Below, piece by piece: positions 35,605 through 45,437 of a stretch of DNA of 64,000 bases (position 1 is its first letter; each line of letters opens with the position of its first letter). Position numbers and translations under genes: made by a program. Location: the IMG/VR virus record IMGVR_UViG_3300050156_000143, positions 32,001 through 96,000 of that record. One strand, given 5' to 3'. Origin of the DNA: a virus. Taxonomy: Duplodnaviria; Caudoviricetes. Below the pieces are notes generated by a model. That model was not told the DNA's origin. It saw nothing but the letters and a program-made list of their open reading frames with translations, and did no database searches.

Positions 35605-36414
35605 TCAAACTGCTATTGGAAACTGTATCTTCGGGTGATACACATAGTTTTCTAACTTGAAATCATCCCATGTAATTTCAAGGTTAGTCAGTTGCTCAAT
35701 GGAAGTCAAATTGTCTGGGACAATGAGTTTGGGCAACGGTAGGGGATCACGGATGAGCCATTCCTTCACGCCATCGAGTTGGTTATGGTAGATGTGAACA
35801 TCGCCACCACTGTAAATCAAATCACCGACATCATATCCACAAATCTTAGCCAAGATGTGAGTCAACGCTGCATAACACACCATGTTAAATGGATGCCCCA
35901 GAGGAACGTCATTACTGCGCATAACCAGTTTACAACTGAGTTTCCCATCGGCCACATAAAATTGAATAAATGAGTGACAAGGTGGCAACTCCATATCACC
36001 CAAATCGGCCACGTTCCAGTAATTGATGATGTGACGCCTTGAGCTTGGATTGTTCTTTAACCCGTCGATCAGATTCGCAATTTGGTCAGTAGTTGTTCCG
36101 TCATAGTTTTTCCAGTACCGCAATTGAACTGGGTAACCTCTACCAATGGTGCCATCTTGGCGAGTCCATTGTCTCCAAATCTTGACGCCATTGTCTTCAA
36201 GAAATTGGGTACTAGAATCTCCCCTAAGATACCAAAATAGTTCAATCAACGCGGTTTTGAACGGGGTGAATTTGGTGGTGCAAATTGGGAAACCATCTTG
36301 CAAGTTCACTCGGTACTCATACCCGAATACCGATTTTGTACCGTTGCCTGTTCTATCACCACGGTCAACTCCATGTGCAAGAACGTGTTTGACCATTTGT
36401 TTTACTTGCTGCAT
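35605..36414 (-). CDS. thyA: Thymidylate synthase
   Basis: DRTGNGT, ELFWYLRG, LPPCH, RSNDVPLGHPFN, GDVHIY. Confidence 0.97.
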   Translation of the reverse strand: MQQVKQMVKHVLAHGVDRGDRTGNGTKSVFGYEYRVNLQDGFPICTTKFTPFKTALIELFWYLRGDSSTQFLEDNGVKIWRQWTRQDGTIGRGYPVQLRYWKNYDGTTTDQIANLIDGLKNNPSSRRHIINYWNVADLGDMELPPCHSFIQFYVADGKLSCKLVMRSNDVPLGHPFNMVCYAALTHILAKICGYDVGDLIYSGGDVHIYHNQLDGVKEWLIRDPLPLPKLIVPDNLTSIEQLTNLEITWDDFKLENYVYHPKIQFPIAV

Positions 36415-36845
36415 CGTTCGAGAACCTCGTATATGTGATCTTGATTGAATTGCGACTCTTTTACGACAAAATTTTCACGAATGTAGTCGATGTCAATAAA
36501 AGTGTCACACGGAAATGAGATGTGGGTCGTGGATAAAAATATGGTAGAAACTTGTGGTAACAGTGTTTTCACCAAAGTAGCGCCACCGATGATAATGGCA
36601 GTATTGGGAATCTGGTCAACTGATATTGTTTTTACCCCACTAATCGGGGTTGAAGACACTACTAGATTCATCCGGTCTTTTAGTGGCTTGCTTGGCAATG
36701 ATTCCCACGTTTTTCTACCCATTACCACAGTGTTACCTAGCGTGAGTCGTCTAAATCGTGGCAAATCACCGACCAGATGTGTCCACGGCAATTGACCATG
36801 CAGTCCAATGCCCCCTTCGGGGGTAACTGCCAATATGAGTTTCAT
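36402..36845 (-). CDS. folA: Dihydrofolate reductase
   Basis: IG..GQLPW, VVMGRKTWESLP.KPLKDR.N, IIGGA. Confidence 0.95.
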   Translation of the reverse strand: MKLILAVTPEGGIGLHGQLPWTHLVGDLPRFRRLTLGNTVVMGRKTWESLPSKPLKDRMNLVVSSTPISGVKTISVDQIPNTAIIIGGATLVKTLLPQVSTIFLSTTHISFPCDTFIDIDYIRENFVVKESQFNQDHIYEVLERCSK

Positions 36846-37138
36846 CGTTTTCCAAGCAATTTGTCTGTGGCGGGGCCAGCCACCGAGGCAATATATTCCA
36901 GGTTAAAATGGGGCTGAATTGATTTCAATTCCCCGAGCGACACAATTAAATCCGCAATCACTTCTTGAAGTTCATCGGCATCCAAACCTCGGTTCAACAG
37001 TCTTTCCACGTTGATCGTCTTTTGGCCACCGTCCACCTTCTTGACCACTAGCTTTTTAATATACTGAATGGGAACGTGACTCGTGTCGATCCCATCTACC
37101 ACCTTGGCCCAATGCAGTAAATCACCCGGCGACAGCAT
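36842..37138 (-). CDS. Hypothetical protein
   Basis: 98-aa ORF in operon. Confidence 0.75.
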   Translation of the reverse strand: MLSPGDLLHWAKVVDGIDTSHVPIQYIKKLVVKKVDGGQKTINVERLLNRGLDADELQEVIADLIVSLGELKSIQPHFNLEYIASVAGPATDKLLGKR

Positions 37139-37787
37139 TTGATTTTCGACGGGTGGTCTTTTTGGGCACTTCTACTACGGAGTCTTGAGCTGGCTCAAAC
37201 TGTTCTCGCATACGTTTTGCTTCAGTGAGTAACATATTGGCCTCAGCTTCCATGCGATCAGCTTGTTCCAAAGTCATCCTGGCGAGATCAGCGTCACTCA
37301 ATGCTGGGGTCACGTCTAGGGGCAACTGTACGGGGTCTGCGATCTCCTGCATACGTTTACGAACATCGGCTGGATGCTGGAGACCAAGCTGCTCAGATGC
37401 TGCTTGCATTTTTTTCGCAGCTTCACCACCACGTTCAATATCGTCTAGCATGCGATTCAGCTCGTCTAGACGCATGTGAGCACCTTGGACTGGGGTAACT
37501 AATACCTCGGAAGCCTTAACCTTTTTGATGAAACATTCTTTGTGCAACAGGACTAAAATAGGTGTCCCAGAATTTGCTTCCAACGTGCGAAACAGTGCAT
37601 CATCAAGGGAGTCACTAAATTGCCCGACATCTGATTCCACCACCTTAGAAATTTGATCCTGCAAATGCCTCTGTAGGTATTGCGGATAAATCACCATGCA
37701 CAAGTGTTCTTCACCTGGGATTTTGCGACGAATAATCGCAACTTGCTTGTCATTATGTTTGCCAATATGCCGAATAAATTTTGCCAT
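37122..37787 (-). CDS. Hypothetical protein
   Basis: 221-aa ORF in operon. Confidence 0.75.
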   Translation of the reverse strand: MAKFIRHIGKHNDKQVAIIRRKIPGEEHLCMVIYPQYLQRHLQDQISKVVESDVGQFSDSLDDALFRTLEANSGTPILVLLHKECFIKKVKASEVLVTPVQGAHMRLDELNRMLDDIERGGEAAKKMQAASEQLGLQHPADVRKRMQEIADPVQLPLDVTPALSDADLARMTLEQADRMEAEANMLLTEAKRMREQFEPAQDSVVEVPKKTTRRKSNAVAG

Positions 37788-37887
37788 AGTTTTCAGAGTC
37801 CTTATTCGTGTAGTTATGCTGAAAATATGGTCACAAAATTTTTATGCAAAATGGGGCAATTATGCCCCATTTGTTCACCGCACCGTG

Positions 37888-39168
37888 TTACGCATGGTCG
37901 TCGTAGTATGCGTAGGTTCCAAACGGTGGCTTTATGGATGTAGTCCCGTACCCGATCCACGTTGTGGGGCAGTATTCTGGATCACCCCATTCACCGCCAG
38001 GACACATATCGGTCAACACAATCAGATGTTTTGGAATCTGATCGGTTTCCTTCAAGTAATCCCAAATCGCCATGAAATCTGTTCCACCACCCCCACCCAA
38101 AACATAGTCGTCAATGTTGTCTGCACCGTATGACGTGTATTCCTTGACATTATGAACAGACGTGTCAAAACAATACACATGCAACTTGAAGCCATCGAAC
38201 AACTCAGTGATGCCCTTGACTTCTCCGAGCACATCACGGGCAATAGATTCTGACCACATTGATCCAGACGTGTCAATCGCAATGTGAACGTCGATTTCTT
38301 CAGATGGGGCCAATCCCGGCAAAATCGCATCCAGATGCTGAGTAGATCGATTCAGTGCAAGATACGAATATTCTGCCCCCGCAAGTGACGACATCACGGA
38401 TGGGATCAGTTCTTTCCAGGGCATCACTGGATCAGACAGTGAATCCACGTATTCATTCACTGCGCCAGGAATTCGGGTGTTTTGTTCACCTTCGGCTTTA
38501 GCAGAAGCAGCAGCTTGAATGATTTTTTGTTGAATGCCACGTCGCATTTCACTGCGGTGCTCACTCGACAATGAACCCTGCGAAAAATCAGATGGGATCG
38601 ACATGATATAAGTCGGTGGCTGATAATTTGGATTCTCTGCCATCAACCGATCATACACTTCCTCAGTTGGTTGATTGTCGTAATGGTGATCAACCGGGGC
38701 CAACTTTGGTGCAGTGCCGATGTTCTGATTTTGCAACTCATTGCAGATCACAATGTTACTTGCATTGTTCCACATATACGTGTCACGCCCGTTGATGCGA
38801 TCTTCGGAAGTATGTTCGAGCACAGTGGAAATAACGAGCGCCCCCAAAGTGAACATCACTTCTTGAGTAGTTAAAGTGTTGAGCCACTTGCTGTTGTAAT
38901 ACACCCGTGGATAATCACAACCAATTGTCTCGATCCACGTATCACCGTTGACAAACACAAAATCGAGAGCCATCGTCCCATAAAACGACATCCCACGAAA
39001 TAGCAGCCCAATTCTGGCATCGGTCAACTTCTCAATTGCTTTGGCGTCTTCTTCCTGATTCATTGCACCGAGACGGGATGCTTCTGATAGTGTTTCTTGT
39101 TGTTTCAGAAATACTGGGTCATCAATCTCGATGAACACCCCGTTTCCCAGGTCAATTCGTTTTTTCAT
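37888..39168 (-). CDS. VWA-domain partner of MoxR ATPase with degenerate peptidase-like domain
   Basis: MIDAS IDTSGSM, GGGGTDF, VLTD; expected HExxH absent. Confidence 0.85.
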   Translation of the reverse strand: MKKRIDLGNGVFIEIDDPVFLKQQETLSEASRLGAMNQEEDAKAIEKLTDARIGLLFRGMSFYGTMALDFVFVNGDTWIETIGCDYPRVYYNSKWLNTLTTQEVMFTLGALVISTVLEHTSEDRINGRDTYMWNNASNIVICNELQNQNIGTAPKLAPVDHHYDNQPTEEVYDRLMAENPNYQPPTYIMSIPSDFSQGSLSSEHRSEMRRGIQQKIIQAAASAKAEGEQNTRIPGAVNEYVDSLSDPVMPWKELIPSVMSSLAGAEYSYLALNRSTQHLDAILPGLAPSEEIDVHIAIDTSGSMWSESIARDVLGEVKGITELFDGFKLHVYCFDTSVHNVKEYTSYGADNIDDYVLGGGGGTDFMAIWDYLKETDQIPKHLIVLTDMCPGGEWGDPEYCPTTWIGYGTTSIKPPFGTYAYYDDHA

Positions 39169-39186
39169 ACGTTCTCCAAAATGGCC

Positions 39187-39212
39187 AAAATAGGGGCACA
39201 ATCGTGCCCCTA
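39187..39212 (-). terminator. Intrinsic terminator
   Basis: taggggcac-aatc-gtgccccta with U-tract on - strand. Confidence 0.7.
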
Positions 39213-39221
39213 TGAGTTGTG

Positions 39222-40364
39222 TTACTTGGTCTCAGCGCCCATGCTGCGGGCGATCATCTTACCCCAGCGTGATGTGAACTTGGTGAAACCGGGGATCAAC
39301 TTGGGGTTCAAGTTACTCTTGAATCGCTTCAGCACCATTCGCCCAGCCACCACCGCGATCTCCGCCTTGGTGTCGTAATTATTCACGATGAACTCAAAGA
39401 ATTTGTCCGCAGCAGCGTAAAACGCCTTGTTCTCGCCCTTTTCGTGAATTGTGGACAACGCTTGCACCAAAGACACCACAAACCCATATCGCACCGATGT
39501 TTCGTCTGGAGTATCGGGCGCGAAAGTCGTGATGGTGCCGTCCAACACCTTTTCCGGTTCAGGCAAACCAAACGACTGCTTGTAATGTGCCATAAACTTC
39601 GCGCTCCAACCGTCGCCACACAATCCTGCCACCAGATTTCCCAATACTTTCTCGGATGGGGCGGATTTCACACCATAACCGTTAGTTGTTTCCAACATCA
39701 GCATCTTCGACACTCGTTCCACGGTGCGAGGAGTTGGGAATGCAAGGCCAACTTTGGACACGTCAGGTGTATTCAAATCGGCTTTGAATGCGGTAATGAA
39801 GCCGATGACGGACGGATGGAAGCCATTGTCCATCGCGTGATCGATCCACAGATTCGCATCAACCCGCATGTGCAAGTGCAGGAAACGGTTAGCCAAAGGT
39901 GACAACACCTTGAAACTACCACCGTTATCCGTTTGTCGGTTGCCTGCTGCGATAATCACCACATTGTCCGCCAGCTCAAATTCACCCAAGCGACGTTCAT
40001 TGATGAGCTGATAGCATGCTTGCTGTACCATCGTATTTGCGTTTGACAACTCGTCGAGGAACAAAATCACCAGCTTATATAAGGAGCAAAACTCCTTAGT
40101 CGGAATGATGTCGCTACGGCACCACTCCATCGTGTTGGTAAATTTGTTGAAAAACGGGATGCCACGTACTTCAGCGGGTTGGCGACTGCCCAGACGAATG
40201 TCGATCAACGCTGCATCATGACGCGCCGCAACTTGAGCCACAACTTGGCTCTTACCAATGCCAGGGCCACCCCAAATCCACACGGGTTGGCGAGCGGTCA
40301 TCGCCCATTCAAGGGTGTCGGTCAGTTCGATCGCGTTCAGTTCAAGAGTTGTTGCGGTTGCCAT
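39222..40364 (-). CDS. MoxR-type AAA+ ATPase
   Basis: WGGPGIGKS, LFLDEL, AAGNR, PLANRF, TPRT. Confidence 0.92.
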   Translation of the reverse strand: MATATTLELNAIELTDTLEWAMTARQPVWIWGGPGIGKSQVVAQVAARHDAALIDIRLGSRQPAEVRGIPFFNKFTNTMEWCRSDIIPTKEFCSLYKLVILFLDELSNANTMVQQACYQLINERRLGEFELADNVVIIAAGNRQTDNGGSFKVLSPLANRFLHLHMRVDANLWIDHAMDNGFHPSVIGFITAFKADLNTPDVSKVGLAFPTPRTVERVSKMLMLETTNGYGVKSAPSEKVLGNLVAGLCGDGWSAKFMAHYKQSFGLPEPEKVLDGTITTFAPDTPDETSVRYGFVVSLVQALSTIHEKGENKAFYAAADKFFEFIVNNYDTKAEIAVVAGRMVLKRFKSNLNPKLIPGFTKFTSRWGKMIARSMGAETK

Positions 40365-40488
40365 ATGTGTAAGTTCCTTTCGATTTGCCTCAAGCGGCGG
40401 GGTTAAAAATTTGTGTCGATGGGGTCAACTGTACTTCATCGTGTTGGAACACGGTGGGAGTCATTTGCATGAATTTTGCAGTTACTGG

Positions 40489-41049
40489 TTATTCATAATA
40501 TTTCCCATAAATGGCCAATAATGCCTCGGTGTTTCGGAAGTCATCGATTTTGGAAACAAAATGCACGAAATTATCAAGTGCAGATCGTGACTTAAACCGC
40601 GACCAAACAATGGTTCCAACGGGTTGAGTACATAGCCAGTCGATGCCCATTTTATCCAAAACCGTGACATGACTGGTTTTTTGACGATGCGCCACAATGG
40701 ACGCAATCATGTAACCGGAAGCCATCGGCAATGCGTTGTGTCCATTGGCCACCATGACGATCTGTTCACCATGCTTCCCCATTATATCAAGAGATGGTTC
40801 ATAAATCCATTCGATCGGGGTTGGGCCGGTATCCAAAATTTTATACGCATGCGTGCCCACATATTGATAAAAACGGTAGAACTCATTTTGGTGAGCAATG
40901 TGCTCGTTGAATTCGATGGTGATTTTGTCGTCACTGATACTGTACTCAGCGTTGGGGCAATTCTGCAAGAGCCAAATCAGTGAATTCTCCTTATCGTCCA
41001 CAAAGTCTGCCGACGCAGAAAAGCCGTTGAATGCGATGTTACGAAACAT
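40489..41049 (-). CDS. Hypothetical protein
   Basis: 186-aa ORF. Confidence 0.65.
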   Translation of the reverse strand: MFRNIAFNGFSASADFVDDKENSLIWLLQNCPNAEYSISDDKITIEFNEHIAHQNEFYRFYQYVGTHAYKILDTGPTPIEWIYEPSLDIMGKHGEQIVMVANGHNALPMASGYMIASIVAHRQKTSHVTVLDKMGIDWLCTQPVGTIVWSRFKSRSALDNFVHFVSKIDDFRNTEALLAIYGKYYE

Positions 41050-41411
41050 TATGTCCCCAAAAGTTGTTGAACGGTTTGATTTTCAAGGTTGGAAATGCGT
41101 TGTGAACGCACATATTCAGCAACGAATTCCAGAATATGACACGCTGGCACTTCACTTTGACTCACTAAATTTCCCTGACTGTCTCGGCGATCGATCAAGA
41201 CATCACGAGAAAAGTCGGAGTTGTAGTGAAATGCAGTAGTGTGCATGCCGTTACGGTGAATAGACGTGTGCATTATCAGACCTTTTGAAATTCGCGCAAT
41301 TGTGGGTAATGTTCCAACATACCGGAGAGAATTCGGTGGAGTCCTTCCGATGAATGGTATTGCTGGAGTAGAGTCGGGATATCCAGATAATCGTTCATGC
41401 TCGTTCTCCAA
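41049..41411 (-). CDS. Hypothetical protein
   Basis: 120-aa ORF with GGAG SD. Confidence 0.7.
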   Translation of the reverse strand: MENEHERLSGYPDSTPAIPFIGRTPPNSLRYVGTLPTIARISKGLIMHTSIHRNGMHTTAFHYNSDFSRDVLIDRRDSQGNLVSQSEVPACHILEFVAEYVRSQRISNLENQTVQQLLGT

Positions 41412-42135
41412 TCAATGTAACAGTGGGGTAAAACTTGGCCAGCAATGTGGCCACCTTGAAAGTCACGTTGGGATCAATCGGAGGTCGTCCCTTCGTATGG
41501 GGCCATGCGCCACCAGCATAGCAACCTTGGGCCGCACACCACTCCCACAAAATAGTTTCACCAATCTCATCTACCAGTGCCAGGCCAAATTTGTCAAGGC
41601 GTTCAACGTCCGCATTTGAGCGGAACATATAAACGGGAACATTCGAGTACGCGGGGGCGTGCTTGATAACTCCGTATAGTGATCTGACAACGGGTTCTGC
41701 CACGCCAGAATATGCCAGTCCGATGTGTTCAAAACGAAGGTCGCACATGTGCGCTGCGATACAACGTCCGGGGTGAGGCGGCATTGCCCACCATCGTTTT
41801 ATCATGGTCTCTGTTGACAAGGACGAACAGTGGTCACGGTCTTGGACAACCTTTGCCAAATCTGGATAATACGTCAGCAAAATTTCCAGCCAGGTGTTCA
41901 ACACCGTGCGACGCACGGTGGAAACATCATGACCACCAATTTCCGCCAACTTTTGCGCACAGTTAGCATAAGTCATGGGCGCATCATGCCTAGCATAATG
42001 TCCACCACCATAGGCCAACATCGTTTCCCATTCATCGTGTGATATTGCAACCATCCCATGATGGCGCAACTGATTCAGCACGGGAATAACGATGGTGTCA
42101 TCATCCATGAACGATCTCCTCAAGTTGAATGTCAA
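41395..42135 (-). CDS. Hypothetical protein
   Basis: Long ORF; start may be the later MDDDT after GGAG. Confidence 0.7.
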   Translation of the reverse strand: MTFNLRRSFMDDDTIVIPVLNQLRHHGMVAISHDEWETMLAYGGGHYARHDAPMTYANCAQKLAEIGGHDVSTVRRTVLNTWLEILLTYYPDLAKVVQDRDHCSSLSTETMIKRWWAMPPHPGRCIAAHMCDLRFEHIGLAYSGVAEPVVRSLYGVIKHAPAYSNVPVYMFRSNADVERLDKFGLALVDEIGETILWEWCAAQGCYAGGAWPHTKGRPPIDPNVTFKVATLLAKFYPTVTLIGERA

Positions 42136-42225
42136 GGTGCGGCCACCTTTCTTGAATCATGTGGCCCAATTGGGTAAACGTGGTGCTGCCATTCTCTGAC
42201 AGAATCCTGATGCGACTTGTCCGAA

Positions 42226-42654
42226 TCACTCCATGTCCGATTTTGCCATATTGGGCAAACTGATAACCAATTCTGGACGAAGAATCTTCAATGTTTCACA
42301 TACGACCGCGCACACTTGACGCACAAGATCGGGGCGATTGTTTTTCAAAAACACCCCCAACGATTGAACGCCAGTCAGCTCCTGTACCTTTTCACCGAGT
42401 TTCAAACACGCCAAGATGTCATCAATTGACTGAAACCTGGCGCCGTCCAATCCCTCACCAACAACATGGGTGACATTCCGGGTAGTGAATTTAGCGGGAA
42501 CGCCGTTTTCGATCACTACCGCACCAGCATCGATGAGCGCCATCAATGCCCCCGTGGCCGATAACATCACATCCATATGCCCATGTGCGCTAAAATAAGA
42601 TAGCACGTTATTGACAGTCAAATCGCCAATACCAGAAAGATCGTATTTGTTCAT
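42226..42654 (-). CDS. Hypothetical protein, paralog of 42674-43090
   Basis: Shared MNKYDLS start and 28-bp DNA identity. Confidence 0.75.
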   Translation of the reverse strand: MNKYDLSGIGDLTVNNVLSYFSAHGHMDVMLSATGALMALIDAGAVVIENGVPAKFTTRNVTHVVGEGLDGARFQSIDDILACLKLGEKVQELTGVQSLGVFLKNNRPDLVRQVCAVVCETLKILRPELVISLPNMAKSDME

Positions 42655-42673
42655 GATGGTTCCGTTGTGGTTT

Positions 42674-43090
42674 TCAATTAGCGGTAAAGTGCTCAGCACG
42701 GTGGACATGAAGATCGGGATACAGTTTGTCCACGATGTTCAACATTTTTTGCAGAGTCGATTCCTTCAGTTCACTGCATTCAAAGTACGCACGGTGCCCA
42801 AATTCAGCAATGATCGCTTCACCAAACGCCAGTAGATTGTGTACAGCCCCGATATCAACAAAAGAGGTTGCAAGGCCGTTGATAAACACATCGGCCTTGA
42901 ACATGTGTTTCCGCATATTGAGAGGCTCGTCCCCATGAACTCCAGAAACCCGTGCATACTGGCAATGACACAAATAAATCGCTGCGGTAGAACCCGATGA
43001 TGCCGAGTGCATCAGATTCAAGCGTTGGAGTTCCACTACCACGTTGGCAATGGACAGATCGGTCACGGTGGAAAGATCGTATTTGTTCAT
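42674..43090 (-). CDS. Hypothetical protein, paralog of 42226-42654
   Basis: Shared MNKYDLS start. Confidence 0.75.
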   Translation of the reverse strand: MNKYDLSTVTDLSIANVVVELQRLNLMHSASSGSTAAIYLCHCQYARVSGVHGDEPLNMRKHMFKADVFINGLATSFVDIGAVHNLLAFGEAIIAEFGHRAYFECSELKESTLQKMLNIVDKLYPDLHVHRAEHFTAN

Positions 43091-43098
43091 GATGGTTC

Positions 43099-43290
43099 TC
43101 AACGGTTGGACAAGAAAGGGATGCCACGAACTTCACGTTTTTGATCACGCTGGTTAGCAATCTCACGTGCGATCCGCTTTTTATCAAGGTCGCGGTCACG
43201 GTGTTCATCACCATATTCACCACGTTGGCGAGCACGAATGCGCTCGGTAGTGAATTCCGATTCCGACAAGTGACGAGCATTGTATTTCAT
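43099..43290 (-). CDS. Small highly charged protein
   Basis: 63-aa Arg/Glu-rich ORF. Confidence 0.6.
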   Translation of the reverse strand: MKYNARHLSESEFTTERIRARQRGEYGDEHRDRDLDKKRIAREIANQRDQKREVRGIPFLSNR

Positions 43291-43369
43291 GACAGTTCTC
43301 TATACGAGTGAGTAACGAGGATGTGTACTATAACAGCACGTTGGCGACAAATGGTGTTAGATAAGCGTT

Positions 43370-43609
43370 TTAGTCAACTTTTGGCGTAGATGGGTGTTCC
43401 ACCATAACACCAAGTTCAACAAAAATTTTACGGGCAGTGTAGGCCCAGTTACCATGACCCAAAACCCAACCAAAAACCAGTTCGGCACGTTCCATTGCAC
43501 TCATGTCGGCAATGATGAAGTCCTTGGAGGAATCGGTGGCACTAAGTCCTAAGCGATGACGCATTTCCGCGATGTACGGGGTACTAGACAGATCGACGGT
43601 GTTGCTCAT
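43370..43609 (-). CDS. Hypothetical early protein
   Basis: Follows the 37-bp promoter/leader repeat. Confidence 0.7.
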   Translation of the reverse strand: MSNTVDLSSTPYIAEMRHRLGLSATDSSKDFIIADMSAMERAELVFGWVLGHGNWAYTARKIFVELGVMVEHPSTPKVD

Positions 43610-43625
43610 GGTTTGTTTCCGTTTG

Positions 43626-43662
43626 GTTGTCTGCGTCAGTGCAGTGAATGCAGTGTACAACA
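43626..43662 (-). repeat. 37-bp promoter/leader repeat identical to 26034-26070
   Basis: gttgtctgcgtcagtgcagtgaatgcagtgtacaaca. Confidence 0.95.
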
Positions 43663-43717
43663 TAGTCGCCAACACGGTGAGATACCCATGCGATTCAGTC
43701 GGACAATAAATAATACA

Positions 43718-44806
43718 ATGAAAATGATCCCAGAAGCTCGACGCAACCCTGACGTCAACATCAAAGACAACTATGGCCACCAAAGTGCGCTAACGCTGCT
43801 AGAAACGATTCCAAAAGCCGACTTAAAAAACTATGGTGTCACAATGACTCAAGAGCCAAAAGTGGGCATCAACCCCAAGTCAGGACATCATTCCACCCCA
43901 ATTGGAATTTATTTTTACCCAGCGGCGTATTACTTGAAGATCATCAAATCCAGGCAAGATTTGCCATATGTCCACGATGCACCATATATCAATGTACTGA
44001 AATTATCAGGGACAATTATCCGGTTATCTAGAATGACACCAACTACGTATACCACGTTGAATAAACGGTTATCTGACTTTGCAGATAAACTTGGACTTCA
44101 ATATAACGAACAATCTGATATCAAACTGTTGGGAGAAAGGTTGTATGACAGTATTAACCAACTTGCTAGGTCACCAAAACATCGAGTAATGAACAGAAAA
44201 ACTAAAGCACCACGAGTGCCAGTCATGTTGAACTACATTTTGCGCAACATTGGGATTGATGTGTTGATTGATGAGCAAGGACATGGAATCATTCATGAAA
44301 ACGAGCCGTCCCAAGGGGTCGCAATTGATCCAACAGCTATTGAAGTTATTGCCAGATACGAAAACAAAAACCAAGAAAAACTTGACTCCCGCGTGATAGC
44401 CACCTTGCGGGCCATGTTTTCAACAACGTCGTTGCCATCGTTCATCGATATAGCAGTATCAGATTTCACCTCGGTTGATGTCAAATCTATTCAAAATAAC
44501 CCAGAAATACAAACCAAAATCGCAAAAAGATTGTTAAAACTTGTCCAACAAGATTCTCAGCAACTTTTACAGCCAGGGTGTGCGGAATTGGCATTTTTAC
44601 TGAGTGATAAGAATTGGTTACTTGCATATGCCCACCAGGGGGTTAACTACAAAGAACTCACAACATCAAAACACCAGATAGGCAAAATCGCATCATCGGT
44701 TTTATCGGCACACATCACCAACCCAGATGACGACAGTGACCCAGTCAATGAGTTAATCGACGCACTTAGTCGGGTCGGTTATTACTGCAAACCGTTCCGC
44801 ATTTAA
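43718..44806 (+). CDS. Late hypothetical protein, probable virion internal protein
   Basis: TAAATA 5 nt before ATG; MKMIPEAR start; TPIGIYFYP. Confidence 0.7.
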   Translation: MKMIPEARRNPDVNIKDNYGHQSALTLLETIPKADLKNYGVTMTQEPKVGINPKSGHHSTPIGIYFYPAAYYLKIIKSRQDLPYVHDAPYINVLKLSGTIIRLSRMTPTTYTTLNKRLSDFADKLGLQYNEQSDIKLLGERLYDSINQLARSPKHRVMNRKTKAPRVPVMLNYILRNIGIDVLIDEQGHGIIHENEPSQGVAIDPTAIEVIARYENKNQEKLDSRVIATLRAMFSTTSLPSFIDIAVSDFTSVDVKSIQNNPEIQTKIAKRLLKLVQQDSQQLLQPGCAELAFLLSDKNWLLAYAHQGVNYKELTTSKHQIGKIASSVLSAHITNPDDDSDPVNELIDALSRVGYYCKPFRI

Positions 44807-45437
44807 CCCGACACATGCACCAAAATGGTGCATCGCGGAACCCCGGTCACTGTCTCTTACACGACACGCATTTTCTTTGTAAAATTTCAACTTTTGTCAA
44901 CCGGTTTTACAAAACTTTACATGCGGGTGTCTGTATTTTTTCAAAAAATTTTTGTCATCATTGTGCAAATTCATGAGCCGATTTCCAGGTCGTTGGGTGA
45001 ATTTTGGAACTGATGAGGGACATTGTCTTCGCTATGATTTTTTCCCGGTTTCTTAAAAAACTTCCTTTTCCTGATTTGTTTTTGGTGAAGCGAACTCGTG
45101 AGCGTAGCGATCGAGGGCGATTTGCCAAAAACTGGGCGAGCGACTTGTTCGCTTGACCGATAACCTATAAATTTCATAGGTGTTTTTTTGCCTTTAATTT
45201 CACCGGGAAAAATTTTGGGAAATACATCTATCACTCGTATCACTCGTTTTTTGGCCGTTTCTGGAAAAATTTCATTCAAAATGAAGAAATCGACAGAAAA
45301 CACCAGAAAAAAAGTGGACGCACTTATGGCCTATTCGGAATTCAATCGGCACACCAAGGTTCCCAACAAAATGTTAAACACTATTGAATTCATTGATAGA
45401 AACAATGAAAACATCCAAATGCAAGCATTTGTCTGAG
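44807..45437. other. A/T-run-rich intergenic region, possible replication origin
   Basis: No convincing ORF; homopolymer runs, tandem tatcactcg x2 (45229-45246). Confidence 0.35.

Noticed and set aside
44818-44870. tRNA-like element on - strand ending GATGCACCA
   Set aside because: No T-loop GTTCRA or cloverleaf; the CCA is part of a simple hairpin.
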